A DNA stretch of 64,000 bases from Flectonema sp. DT1601 (taxonomy: Eukaryota): NCBI GenBank assembly GCA_964019425.1, contig OZ025781.1, forward strand, positions 1,240,001-1,304,000. Direction: 5' to 3'. The position numbers were made by a program, and so were the translations under genes. This document shows, piece after piece, positions 20,300 through 31,630 of this stretch. Numbering within the stretch: position 1 is the stretch's first letter; each line of letters opens with the position of its first letter. Below the pieces are notes generated by a model. That model had not been told where the DNA came from. It ran no database searches and saw only the letters and a program-made list of their open reading frames with translations.

Positions 20300-22210
20300 T
20301 GTTTTTCTTCTTCTCGACGATCAGATCCAATTGATCGACCTTTTCTTTTTTTTTCCTTTATTCCTTCCATCCCTCCCGCTCCCCTTATTTTAATAAAAAC
20401 AAGATCAGCTCAGCTTGATCGTTAAACTCTTTTTATTTATTTATTTATTTTTTTTTCATTTAAACTGATTGTATTTATATCTGGTTATTTTTCTCAACGA
20501 TCGGCTATGCCGATCGACCTTTAAAATAATTGTCTTCTTCTTCTCGACGACCAGATCCAATTGATCGACCTTTTCTTTTTTTTTCCTTTATTCCTTCCAT
20601 CCCTCCCGCTCCCCTTATTTTAATAAAAACAAGATCAGCTCAGCTTGATCGTTATTTATTTATTTTTTTTTTTTTTTGTTGGTCCTAGTCAAGACCTTAA
20701 ACTGACTAATCGGTCTTAACTTTAACTAAGTGAATGAACCCTTTCCGTTTTCCTTTTCCCTTTATTACTCTCTACCTGGTCTGTTATGTCATAAATCTCA
20801 TTTAATTTTATCATTCATTTTAATTTTCACTGTTTCCCATCTACATTTTATTTTCAAATAGTTCCGGTCTGTCTCTAATTTTAAATAAAACTGATCATGT
20901 TAACTCAATATTTTTTCTTATGTGCAAGAGATACCAACACGCAAGAGATACCAACGCACATACGAGATACCAGCACTTCCGAGATACCGACACAAAAGAG
21001 ATACCAAGACACTTAAGATACCAGCAAGGACAGTGAGAGGTAGAATGAACTCTCCTCCTTGTGTCCGATCCTGATTATTTTTTGTTGAATTGGTAGTGTT
21101 ACCTCAGTTTGCTACTCTCGTATCTGTGTTGTGTTAACTCATGTAAGTGATCTTAACTCCTGTTAAATAAAAAAAAAAAATTTCAAAAAAAAAGAAATTA
21201 AAAAAGAAGAATTTTCAAATGAAGTTATATCAACCCCTGCCACCCATTATGATCAATTCCGCTTGTTTTTTTTTTTTTTTTTTTTCTTCTTTCTTTTCTT
21301 CAAATATAAAAAAAAAATTAAAAAATATAAAAGATGAAACAATGTTATCATTGTTTTTTTTATCGATCGACTATGTCGATTACTTCCAGTTTTCCGTCCT
21401 GGTCAAGACGCTAAACTGATTGTTTTTTTTTTTTTTTTAAAAAATTAATAAAAAGAATATAAAAAAAAAAAAAAAAAGAATAAACAATGTTATCATTGTT
21501 TTTTTTTATCGTTCGACTTTGTCGACTAATTTCTATTTTCCGTTTCTTTTCTTTAAAGAATAAATAAAAAGAATTTAAAATAAAAAAAAAAGAATAAACA
21601 ATGTTATCATTGTTTTTTTATCGATCGACTATGTCGATTACTTTCTATTTTCCGTCCTGGTCAAGACGCTAAACTGATTGTTTTTTTTTCAAAATTAATA
21701 AAAAAGAATATAAAAAAAAAAAAAAAAAAAAAGAATAAACAATGTTATCATTGTTTTTTTTTATTGTTCGACTTTGTTGACTAATTTCTATTTTCCGTTT
21801 TTTTTCTTTAAAAAATAAATAAAAAGAATTTAAAATAAAAAAAAAAGAATAAACAATGTTATCATTGTTTTTTTATCGATCGACTATGTCGATCACTTTC
21901 TATTTTCCGTCCTGGTCAAGACGCTAAACTGATTGTTTTTTTTTCAAAATTAATAAAAAAGAATATAAAAAAAAAAAAAAAAAAGAATAAACAATGTTAT
22001 CATTGTTTTTTTTTATCGTTCGACTTTGTCGACTAATTTCTATTTTCCGTTTCTTCTCTTTAAAGAATAAATAAAAAGAATTTAAAATAAAAAAAAAGAA
22101 AAAACAATGTTATCATTGTTTTTTTATCGATCGACTATGTCGATCACTTTCTATTTTCCGTCCTGGTCAAGACGCTAAACTGATTGTTTTTTTTTTCAAA
22201 ATTAATAAAA
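20300..22210 (+). mobile_element. Family C, internal part (subrepeats, pseudoknot module, GAGATACC repeats, satellite B array 21338-22210)
   Basis: Collinear with the reverse complement of 31835-34330. Confidence 0.85.
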
Positions 22211-23990
22211 GAATTTCGATAAAGTGGGAAGTAACGGACTGGGAGCTTTTGGCTCCTGCCCTATTCCCGATGTAAACTTTCTTTTTATTTTTTTTTTTTT
22301 TTTTTAACAGGCCCAAAGGGCGACAATGATGGTTGCTGACCAAGGAATAATATTCAAATGAATTTTCGTTTCAAAGAAACGAACAGAATTGAGAGAGAGG
22401 CAGAGAAAAAAAAAAAAAAAAAAAAAGAAAGAATAGAAAAAAAAAATATGAAGAGGAAATAATCAAACATGAAAAAAAAAAAAAAAAAAAAATATAAATA
22501 AAAAACGTTGTATGAAAAAGGAAAAAAAGAAAAAAAAAGACCAGAAAAGGAAAGAGAAAATGAAAAGGTATAATATTATTGTGGGGATATGAGGATAGCA
22601 GGGAGATGCTCTTTTTTTTTTTTTTTTTTTTTTTTTATTTATTATTTAAAAAAAGGAAACAATCAGTTTAGCGTCTCGATCAGGACGGAAAATAGAAATT
22701 AATCGACATAGTTGATCGATAGAAAAAAAACAATGATAACATTGTTTATTCTTTTTTTTTTTTTTTTTTTTTTTTTAAATCCTTTTAATTATTTTAAAGA
22801 AAAAACAATCAGTTTAGCGTCTTGACCAGGACGGAAAATAGAAAGTAATCGACATAGTCGATCGATAAAAAAAAAACAATGATAACATTGTTTATTCCTT
22901 TTTTTTTTTTTTTTTTTTATTCTTTTCATTTATTTTTAAAGAAAAAACAATCAGTTTAGCGTCCTGACCAGGACGGAAAATTGAAAGTGATCGACATAGT
23001 CGATCGATAAAAAAACAATGATAACATTGATTAATCATTTTTTTTTTTTTTTTTTTTTTTTTAACCTTTTAATTATTTTTTAAAGAAAAAACAATCAGTT
23101 TAGCGTCTTGACCAGGACGGAAAATAGAAAGTGATCGACATAGTCGATCGATAAAAAACAATGATAACATTGTTTATTCTTTTTTTTTTTTTTTTTTTTT
23201 TTAATCCTTTTTATTATTTTTAAAGAAAAAACAATCAGTTTAGCGTCTTGACCAGGACGGAAAATAGAAAGTGATCGACATAGTCGATCGATAAAAAAAC
23301 AATGATAACATTGTTTATTCTTTTTTTTTTTTTTTTTAAATTCTTTTTATTTATTTTTAAAGAAAAAAAAACGGAAAATAAAAATTAGTCGACAAAGTCG
23401 AACGATAAAAAACAACAATGATAACATTGTTTATTCTTTTTGTTTTTGTTTTTTTTTTATATTCTTTTTTATTAATTTTGAAAAAAAAACAATCAGTTTA
23501 GCGTCTTGACCAGGACGGAAAATAGAAAGTAATCGACATAGTCGATCGATGAAAAAAAAACAATGATAACATTGTTTATTCCTTTTTTTTTTTTTTTTTT
23601 TTTTTAAATTCTTTTTATTTATTTTTTAAAAAGAAAAAAAACGGAAAATAGAAATTAGTCAACAAAGTCGAACGATAAAAAAAAAAACAATGATAACATT
23701 GTTTATTCTTTTTTTTTTATTTTTTTTATATTCTTTTTTATTAATTTTGAAAAAAAAACAATCAGTTTAGCGTCTTGACCAGGACGGAAAATAGAAAGTG
23801 ATCGACATAGTCGATCGATAAAAAAAAACAATGATAACATTGTTTATTCTTTTTTTTTTTTTTTTTTTTTTTTTAAATCCTTTTTATTATTTTTAAAGAA
23901 AAAACAATCAGTTTAGCGTCTTGACCAGGACGAAAAATAGAAAGTGATCGACATAGTCGATCGATAAAAAAACAATGATAACATTGTTTA

Positions 23991-24025
<35 letters not shown>

Positions 24026-24536
24026 CTTCTTATTATTTTTTAAAGAAAAAACAATCAGTTTAGCGTCTTGACCAGGACGGAAAATAGAAAGTAATCGACA
24101 TAGTCGATCGATAAAATAAAAACAATGATAACATTGTTTATTCCTTTTTTTTTTTTTTTTTATTCTTTTTATTTATTTTTAAAGAAAAAACAATCAGTTT
24201 AGCGTCCTGACCAGGACGGGAAATAGAAAGTGATCGACATAGTCGATCGATAAAAAAACAATGATAACATTGTTTATTCTTTTTTTTTTGTTTTTTTTTT
24301 TTTTATTCTTTTTATTTATTTTTTAACCCATTAAGGACGGGGGGTCCACTACAGTGGTTATTTTGAAATTTTATTTTCGCTAAGGGGAAAACCCGGCTAA
24401 CGCTACCCAGGGGGGTTGAATGTTTGAATTTGTAAAATACAACTGTTTTGTATCGCGTAACATAGCGATGGTTTAACATCTGTTAAGGATACAGTGACTA
24501 TGGTGATGCTTAACTTAGCCTTTTAAAGTAACTATT

Positions 24537-24592
24537 AGGTTTCGAGAGTAATCCATATACCTCTTACCTCTATTCTCTCATCATCAGTATGG
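24537..24592 (-). ncRNA. Hammerhead ribozyme, non-circularly permuted
   Basis: CCATA-CTGATGA-T-GAGAG-(12 nt)-AGGT-A-TATGG-(4 nt)-CTCTC-GAA-ACCT: full core and three perfect stems, in rearranged order. Confidence 0.75.
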
Positions 24593-24766
24593 TGTAGAAG
24601 TAAGTCAATCAATTATTTAGACTGAAGCACTCCAGTTTGCAGGACTGGAGTGTAGTTACTTTTGTTTCTTTTATTAAAATATAAAAAAACTTTATATCAT
24701 TATTACTAGTTCGTAGCGCACTACTAGTGGAGCACTCTTCTACAATAAATGTAGAAAGTGTGATAA

Positions 24767-27700
24767 CTAATTGTCAAAGTCTGATACATCTTCGAAGTCG
24801 TGAAGCTCTGGTGTTGACGAGCGTTGCGGGCTGTTCGTCTTGTCCGTCTCGCTTTTTTGTTCCAGCGTGGCTTCATCGTCCTGCTTGTTTCTCTTTTTCT
24901 GATTACATTTTCTGAGAAGTGGCCTTAAAGGACTTTGTGAGTTCAGCCTCTTAATAATCTTCGACTTCTGTTTACTTTTGATCGTTGTAGTCATCCATTC
25001 CTTGACTTCTTCTAAAGTTATCTTTTGTAATGTTTTCGTTTCAATTTTATCTTCTTCCTTGTTTCGCTTGCCTTTGTTCAGATATTTATTGAATTGAATT
25101 ATTTGTATCGGACTTTGAGAATTTAATCTTTTGTTTTTAACTTTCGTCGGCGTTTCCTCTACAGACGGATTTTTGACATGAACCGTTTGTGTTATTAACT
25201 TGCCGCTTTTCTTGATAGATCGCATATTGGTTGTCTCTCTGTCCTTGATTACCGAGATAACTTTATTATTCTCATTAATCTTTTCATTTGTAACTTCATA
25301 TCTCGTCTTATCATCTTCATCTATATAAGTCGGATAGTCCTTTGAAGCTTTGAACAATGAACATTTGGTTAAATGATGAATAATCGATTTTTTAGTCTTC
25401 CCACAGTATCGACATATTCTCTTGATATTATCTGTGTCTACATATGTCGGTTCTATAGATCTTTGTGGCGGTGTGATAGGTGGCGTAATGCATGAGTTCT
25501 TGTTCTTCTTTGATGTCTCATCCGTATTGCCATTATCAGATGTGTTGGCGCAGGTATCATTTTTCGTAGTGGTTTTAATCGCATTGATTATTTGATCTGT
25601 CGTGCAAGTTATTGTTGTCGGTTTCTGTGTTTTAGAAGTGTCAGTGATCTTGATCAACTTTTTATCATTCTTGCCTTTTTTAACTTTCTTACGAGAGATC
25701 TTCTTGATTTTCTTGCTGCGTTTCGTATTGCCGAGATCCGTGGGTTTTGCCCGCTCATCCAGTATCGTTATTGTATTGGCTCTTGTTACCGTGTGTATAG
25801 CTTCCTCTTTGTTCATACGTGTAATTGTTACAGGTGTGGTAGCATTAGTTGCAACTATTACAGGTGTTGTTGTTCTAGGTGGAGTGAGATAGTATGTTGT
25901 AACTATCTTATTATCCTGTCTTTCCATCGAGAGATTACGAATCAACTCTCGATTATGACCGTTCCAACATGTTTTAGGCTCTTGGGCTACTTTCTTTAAA
26001 GTAGGAGTCCTAATGTTGTATTTTACAGGATGTTTCACTTCTGTCTTAGGTGCCGTGGCGTTAGTCAACATTGGTGTATCCATAAATGCATAACGATGTT
26101 CCGGGGTATTGAAATCCGGTGGTGAGATGGCTTTAATTTGATTTGTCCCAACATGGGTATCCGGTGGTGATATTGTCATGGTTTGGTATGTAATATCCGC
26201 AGGTGAGTCATAAAGTGGTGTATGACATTTTGTCATGTTTGGAACAGTTGGAATAATGTATGGTTTCGAACTTACTTTTTCCGGAGATAACAGTTGTGTA
26301 TCTCTCACCGGGGATAGCATTAGTACATCCGTATCTAACTTTTTAATTTCAAAGTTCCATGCTGGTTCGGTTTTTATAATATGAGTACCTCTATTGGTGT
26401 ATTTCATATTTAACATTGTGTCCATCATCTTAATCCGATCTGATGTACTTAGTTGTGGAAAGTATTTCCTTGGAACCGTATTGACAATATTATTCATTCC
26501 TTGAGCTATGACTTCTTTATTCTTTGTGATAATCTTCGGTTCATGAACTATCTTTGTTAACGTTGTCGCCTTTTTATCGTTAGTAATAATCTTCGGTTTT
26601 GTTGAGGCTGTGGTCTTTGTGTTAGTCTTCGGCTCTTGCTTTGTTTTGGCTGAAGCTGCGGTCTTTGTGTTTTTGATAGTTTCCGGCTCATGGACTGTTT
26701 TTGTTGACACTGTGGCTTTTTTAGTTTCATTGGAAGCTGTCTTTTGGATTGGAACCAGTTGTACCGTATTATCCTTGTCTATGACTTGGGTGTCGTTCGG
26801 TTTCTGTTTTCCTGCCATCGGTTTGTCGTGTTCAAGTATCGAAATCATTTCTTGTAGCTTTGTAACATCGTCGTCTTGAGTCACTATATTTGCATTATTA
26901 TTATCTTCCATTTGTACATCGTCATTCTGTTCATTTGTGACTTTGGTAGTTGAACTTTTTTGATGTGTTTTTACAGGAAGAATAAATGATTCGAAATCAA
27001 CAGGAGGGATATCTTCAGACGAATGCATCACAGCATGATATTCGAATTTATCCAGTGGGAATCTTTTAACTACTGCAACTGGAAATATTACTGCGCGGAA
27101 AAAACCGCACTAATTTCCAAATCTGCAAAAAACCGCACTAATTTTTCCACGCAGTAATATTTCCACCGCACTAATATTTCTGCTCAGAAGTGATTTTTTC
27201 TCCAGCTGCATTTTTCTGCTGGTGCCTTACACAGCAAAAAAGCAACCAAATTTTTTTCTACCACCAAGTGGAAAAAACCGCACTAATCTTTTCTCAAAAA
27301 AACCGCACTAATTTTTCCGCGCAGTAATATTTCCCCGCAGTAATTATTCAGCGCAGTAATATTTCCAGTTGCAGTACGTTTTCTATTTCAGCACAACTGT
27401 CTGTAGATTTGATAATATCAAAACCTTTGTATTCCATTTCCTCTCCAATGAAGAGTATATAATGTGTAAATGGTGTTCGTTGCGAGATTATAAGAAATGG
27501 TATACGTTTTAAATTTTGTTTCAATACTTCATCTAGAACCGTATCTAGGGTTTCACGTGTTGTAATGTGCGTAGTTTTGAGTGAGAAGTGAATTCTAATT
27601 GTTTCATATAAGACCAGTTGATGGAACCATCCATTTGCATCATATTTGAACATTTCTATATTGTTTAAACATTTCTTTTCTTGTATAGCTAGTTGATCTT

Positions 27701-30175
27701 GTATCTTGAACATTTGTGATATTTTCACTCTCACCATTTTAAGATGGTCAGCCATAAAGTTAATGGTTGCCCATCCACACTCACCACTCTGTAAGCCTTC
27801 TGCTGGTTTGCAGTGTAGGGAAGTCGGAAATTTATTGTCAATATTATTAATATCCCAACATTCCTCATCTCCGTTTGTATTCATTGTAGTGGACTCTTGT
27901 GGATCTGCTTCCTTGGGTTTACCTGAGTCTTTATCTGGTTCAGATTTTTTGACTGAATCCGCTCCTGTATCTATCTTTTTTGGCGTAGATTCTTTTGTAC
28001 TATCTTTGAAGAACAAGTTTTGGATGTCAGTGTCATTGTACATTTCCGTAATTGGAAAGTAGTACCCACCTTGTGTACATCCGATCAACATGTGGCAATC
28101 ATGTTCATCGTCTCTGTTGATTACCTCACGTGTTGTCTTGCCCTTATCATAAGATAAGATACTCACGTTGATTGGAATTATCTTCTTAAATTCATTGTAG
28201 AATTTATTTGTTTTAAAGATACCAACGCGGTATTTAATACTCAGTTCGTTCATCAGCGTCTCGGTATTTTCGTTGACATTTGCTTTACATTTTTCACATC
28301 CAGCAACATTTTTAATTATCGTTTGGCTGGCTATTTTGAATGTAGTAACCATGGTGTTGTCACTCCTCTTCAGCTTAGCATATGGAATACCTTTGTCAAG
28401 AAGGAGGTTGTAGATATCATCTCTACCAATAACCTTGTAATGCTGCTGAATTGTTTCTTTTTCAGCTGTGACTGATTTTCCGTTATCATATCTTCGGTTA
28501 GTTTCGAAAAAATGATGGTGTAAGCTATCCCTTTGTTTTGGAAAGTCCCAGTATGTTCCCAGAACAAAGTCTTTGAACTGTGGGAACAGACTGTTTTTGG
28601 AATAGCCTCGGCTGTGTAATCTGTAGATTACTTTTTCTATTTCCAAATACAGATCGAAATCATTATTAATATTCGTTGCAGCTCTGTATAATGCACCTTT
28701 TAATATGCCAGGACCGAGGCTCTTTGGAGCATTGGATGCAGAACTTGTGTATTTGATGGGCCTAAAATTAAAGAGATTTTCTTTGTCCCATATAGATAGC
28801 CGTACGAAAGGGTGTCCCCTTGGCCGTTCTTCGAACCTAATTCTCATACCCAGAAATACCACATCATTACGACCCATTGATGTATCTGTGTATGACATTT
28901 GATATTCTTCAGTCGGCGGTGGACTAGGTTCGTCTTTACTGAAGATGAGAAAATCATCAATATATCTAAATATGACTTTATTATCAACAGCAGCACTCAT
29001 CCCATTATTGGATATAATGTTATTTACCCAATTCTTTTCTATACCAAAACAGTATAAGTTAGCGATATGAGGCGAGCATTGTGAACCCATCGGAATACCA
29101 TGACATTGCCTTAACATATGCTCTCCGTTTTTAACATACGAGTTCGCAAGTATCAGATTTAATAAATCCTTCATTTCATCCTTTCCATAAGCAACTTGCA
29201 CGTCTTCTTCGTATTCATTCGCGAGATAGAAGTTTTTACCGGTGCCGCTTCTTTTATCTCTGACCATCATATTATCATCCATGTATTCATTAATCAGTGA
29301 GTTGATAACGTTTTTAATTCTCTCATGTGGTAAGTTTGTATACATATCCGAGAAGTCAAACGTACTAACTCTCTTTTGTTGGAGGGATGAATAGTTGCTT
29401 TTGATGTATTCTGCAACTTCATCAACATTGTCAACGATGAAGTATTTTCTAATATTAGTCGCATCATATTTATCTTTTTCGACTTTCTTAACCAGTGACA
29501 TAAATGCTTTCAGGATACCAGAAAGTTCTATTGACATGTCTGTGGTTGCCGTATACGGTGCCGGTGATTTTCTAGAGTTAACATATTTAATATCCATCGT
29601 TTTGTTCGAGGTACCGGCTATAAATCTAAACTTCGGAGGTTCCTTGTGCATCTTTGGATTGCCATAAAGATATGACAGGTTCTCTGTGTGTCTAAACTTA
29701 TATTTCTTGTTGATCTCTTTGATATTTTCCAAGATCGGTTCTTTTTGATCATCTTGTATCTTCGAGTATACAACATTATTATTGACTTGTTCACTCAATT
29801 TGAAGGTGTAGTAGGCCTTACAGCATACTGCCAGATCGTGTGTTGTCTTATCAATGTTAGTAAAGACAAGATGTTTACGTAATTCTGTGACCTCCTTTCT
29901 CACTTGTTGAAATTCGTCTATGACATCTACTTGGGGTAATTTCCCAATCTGTTTTTTTGTGGCGTTCTTTAAAAAGTTACACAGTGGAATAAACTTTTTG
30001 TCTGGGAAGTAGTGACCGATGTATTCGTCAATAGCATTCATTACTTCTTCTGTGATTGTCTTTGGATCTTCACATAACCGATACTTCGCTCCCCTTGATA
30101 ACAGGGTCTTCAGTCTTGTTGATATATCCAATTTTGAAGAATGTGTGATGACATGTTTCTCACGTTCCCTGAATT
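24767..30175 (-). pseudogene. PLE polyprotein: RT, Josephin-like protease, Thr/Lys-rich region, C2HC finger; disrupted by a MITE
   Basis: HVIT...LLSRGAKYR, IDKT, YGNPKMHK..FRFI, FDFSDMYTNLPH, GIPMGSQCSP, FRYIDD, FLGM. ORFs 27348..30248 and 24767..27031 fuse in frame when the MITE and one TA are removed. Confidence 0.88.
27073..27374. mobile_element. 302-bp MITE (Tc1/mariner-type, TA duplication)
   Basis: 24-bp perfect TIR CTGCAACTGGAAATATTACTGCGC; TA on both sides; internal CCGCACTAAT repeats. Confidence 0.95.
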
Positions 30176-30523
30176 CCCAGGGGGGGTGTAATCGAGGCCG
30201 TTTCGCGACGAATCTTGGGTGGGATGGCGTGGTTCGCTGTGTTTTCATTCATGAAATTCAAAACTAATAATCGAAATTTTACCACCTAACAAGAAGTTTC
30301 GTGTGCCTGTTGAAATTGATACAAGTTCGGCGTCCTATGAAAGTCTGATGATGATGGATTCTGTATCGGAGTCGTCATCTGACAGCAACACAGCAAAGGT
30401 ATCAAAGTGGGGGGGCAAAACCAAGAGAATCCCCAGGGAAAAACGGAAAGGACCTACCCAGAGTGTGAGCGACTTTAATGAAATGAGCGAATTGAAGGCA
30501 TCCAACTCATTTTCACTGATCAT

Positions 30524-31630
30524 GTGCTTAAAATGATATTTCGACACACTCTTGCCTACCCGATTGACAAAGAGACGTCCATGAAGTCACTAGAAGTTGG
30601 TGAACTGAAATGCTTTCTCCGTAATTTCCACACTGCTAACAAACACATTCCTGCTTCTTATGTTCATAGTCTTGTTAAACCCCATAATAATAAAGGGCAT
30701 TGGGTGACGTTTGACAATTTCAATTCGTCATACGCATTTCTTGTTTTGATGTTAGCGAAAGGGTTCCACTGTGTTGGAACAGCCTGACGGAACAGAAAGG
30801 GAGTTCTGTTGATGTTCCAAAACCGAAGGCTACCCCTGGACCGGGACGACTAAGCAAATCGGAAGTGAAAGAAAGACCGAAGAATCTTTCTGCTTCTTAC
30901 CTTCAGTCAAGCACGGCATCCACCATATAAAGTGGAGAGACTCAAAGGATGTGCATCTTTTCAGTACTCTTCCCTTACGTGAGCACTGTGTCGATGTATA
31001 TCGCTGGATTAGGAAGAGAAATAAAAAAGAAAAAGTGCCGATCAAACTACCGTGCAAGTAGACAGGTACACCAAAACGATGGGAGGTGTTAACCTGATGG
31101 ATAGCGTGAAGGGAAGGGCGAACAGAAACCTTCAAACTAAACGATGGCATCTAAAGGTTTTCGACTACTTGCTGAAAGTTTCAATGTTCAACACGTTTAC
31201 CCTTCAAAAGAAATGCGGTAAGGATACTGGTACCTACATACGGTATGTAGAGGAGCTCGCTATGCAAGACGTCAGTGACGGGACGTCGAGAGACAAGACA
31301 ACCAATACTACATCTACTATTGACTCGGGTTCGCACTTTTCACACATGTTCAGCACCACTGAGCACTATCCATCAATATTTGGCGCTGCTAAACAATGTA
31401 AGTATCACAATACTCGAGTGAGGACTACTTATGGATGCCAGGGGTGTAAGGTTTTTATGTGTCCTGCACCCTGTTTTGGTAAATACCACTTAAATCTTAC
31501 AAAGGGGAGAACATTTGCGTCCCATACCACCACCTCTGTGTCGGGAGGTGCTATCCGGGAAGAATGTACGAAGGGGAAGACCCCTGCACTCACAACAACA
31601 TCAAAATTGAAGAGGCGCAGGGAGTCATAA
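30524..31630 (+). pseudogene. piggyBac transposase remnant
   Basis: HWVTFDNFNSS...CVGTA*RNRKG, KWRDSKDVHLFST, YTKTMGGVNLMD, RWHLKVFDYLL, Cys-rich CKYH...YGCQGCKVFMCPAPCFGKYH; stop, frameshifts, N-terminal loss. Confidence 0.9.

Larger units (their letters stand above)
24416..30175 (-). mobile_element. Penelope-like retroelement, 5'-truncated
   Basis: Flanked by direct repeat CCCAGGGGGG (24406-15; 30176-85); PLE-type RT; hammerhead motif in the 3' UTR. Confidence 0.88.

Noticed and set aside
21338..24326. CRISPR-like appearance of satellite B and GAGATACC arrays
   Set aside because: Spacers are homopolymer runs or only 9-11 nt, no cas genes, eukaryotic context.
30176..30248. N-terminus MKTQRTTPSHP... 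of the 966-aa RT ORF
   Set aside because: Lies outside the CCCAGGGGGG duplication; it is antisense piggyBac sequence fused by chance.
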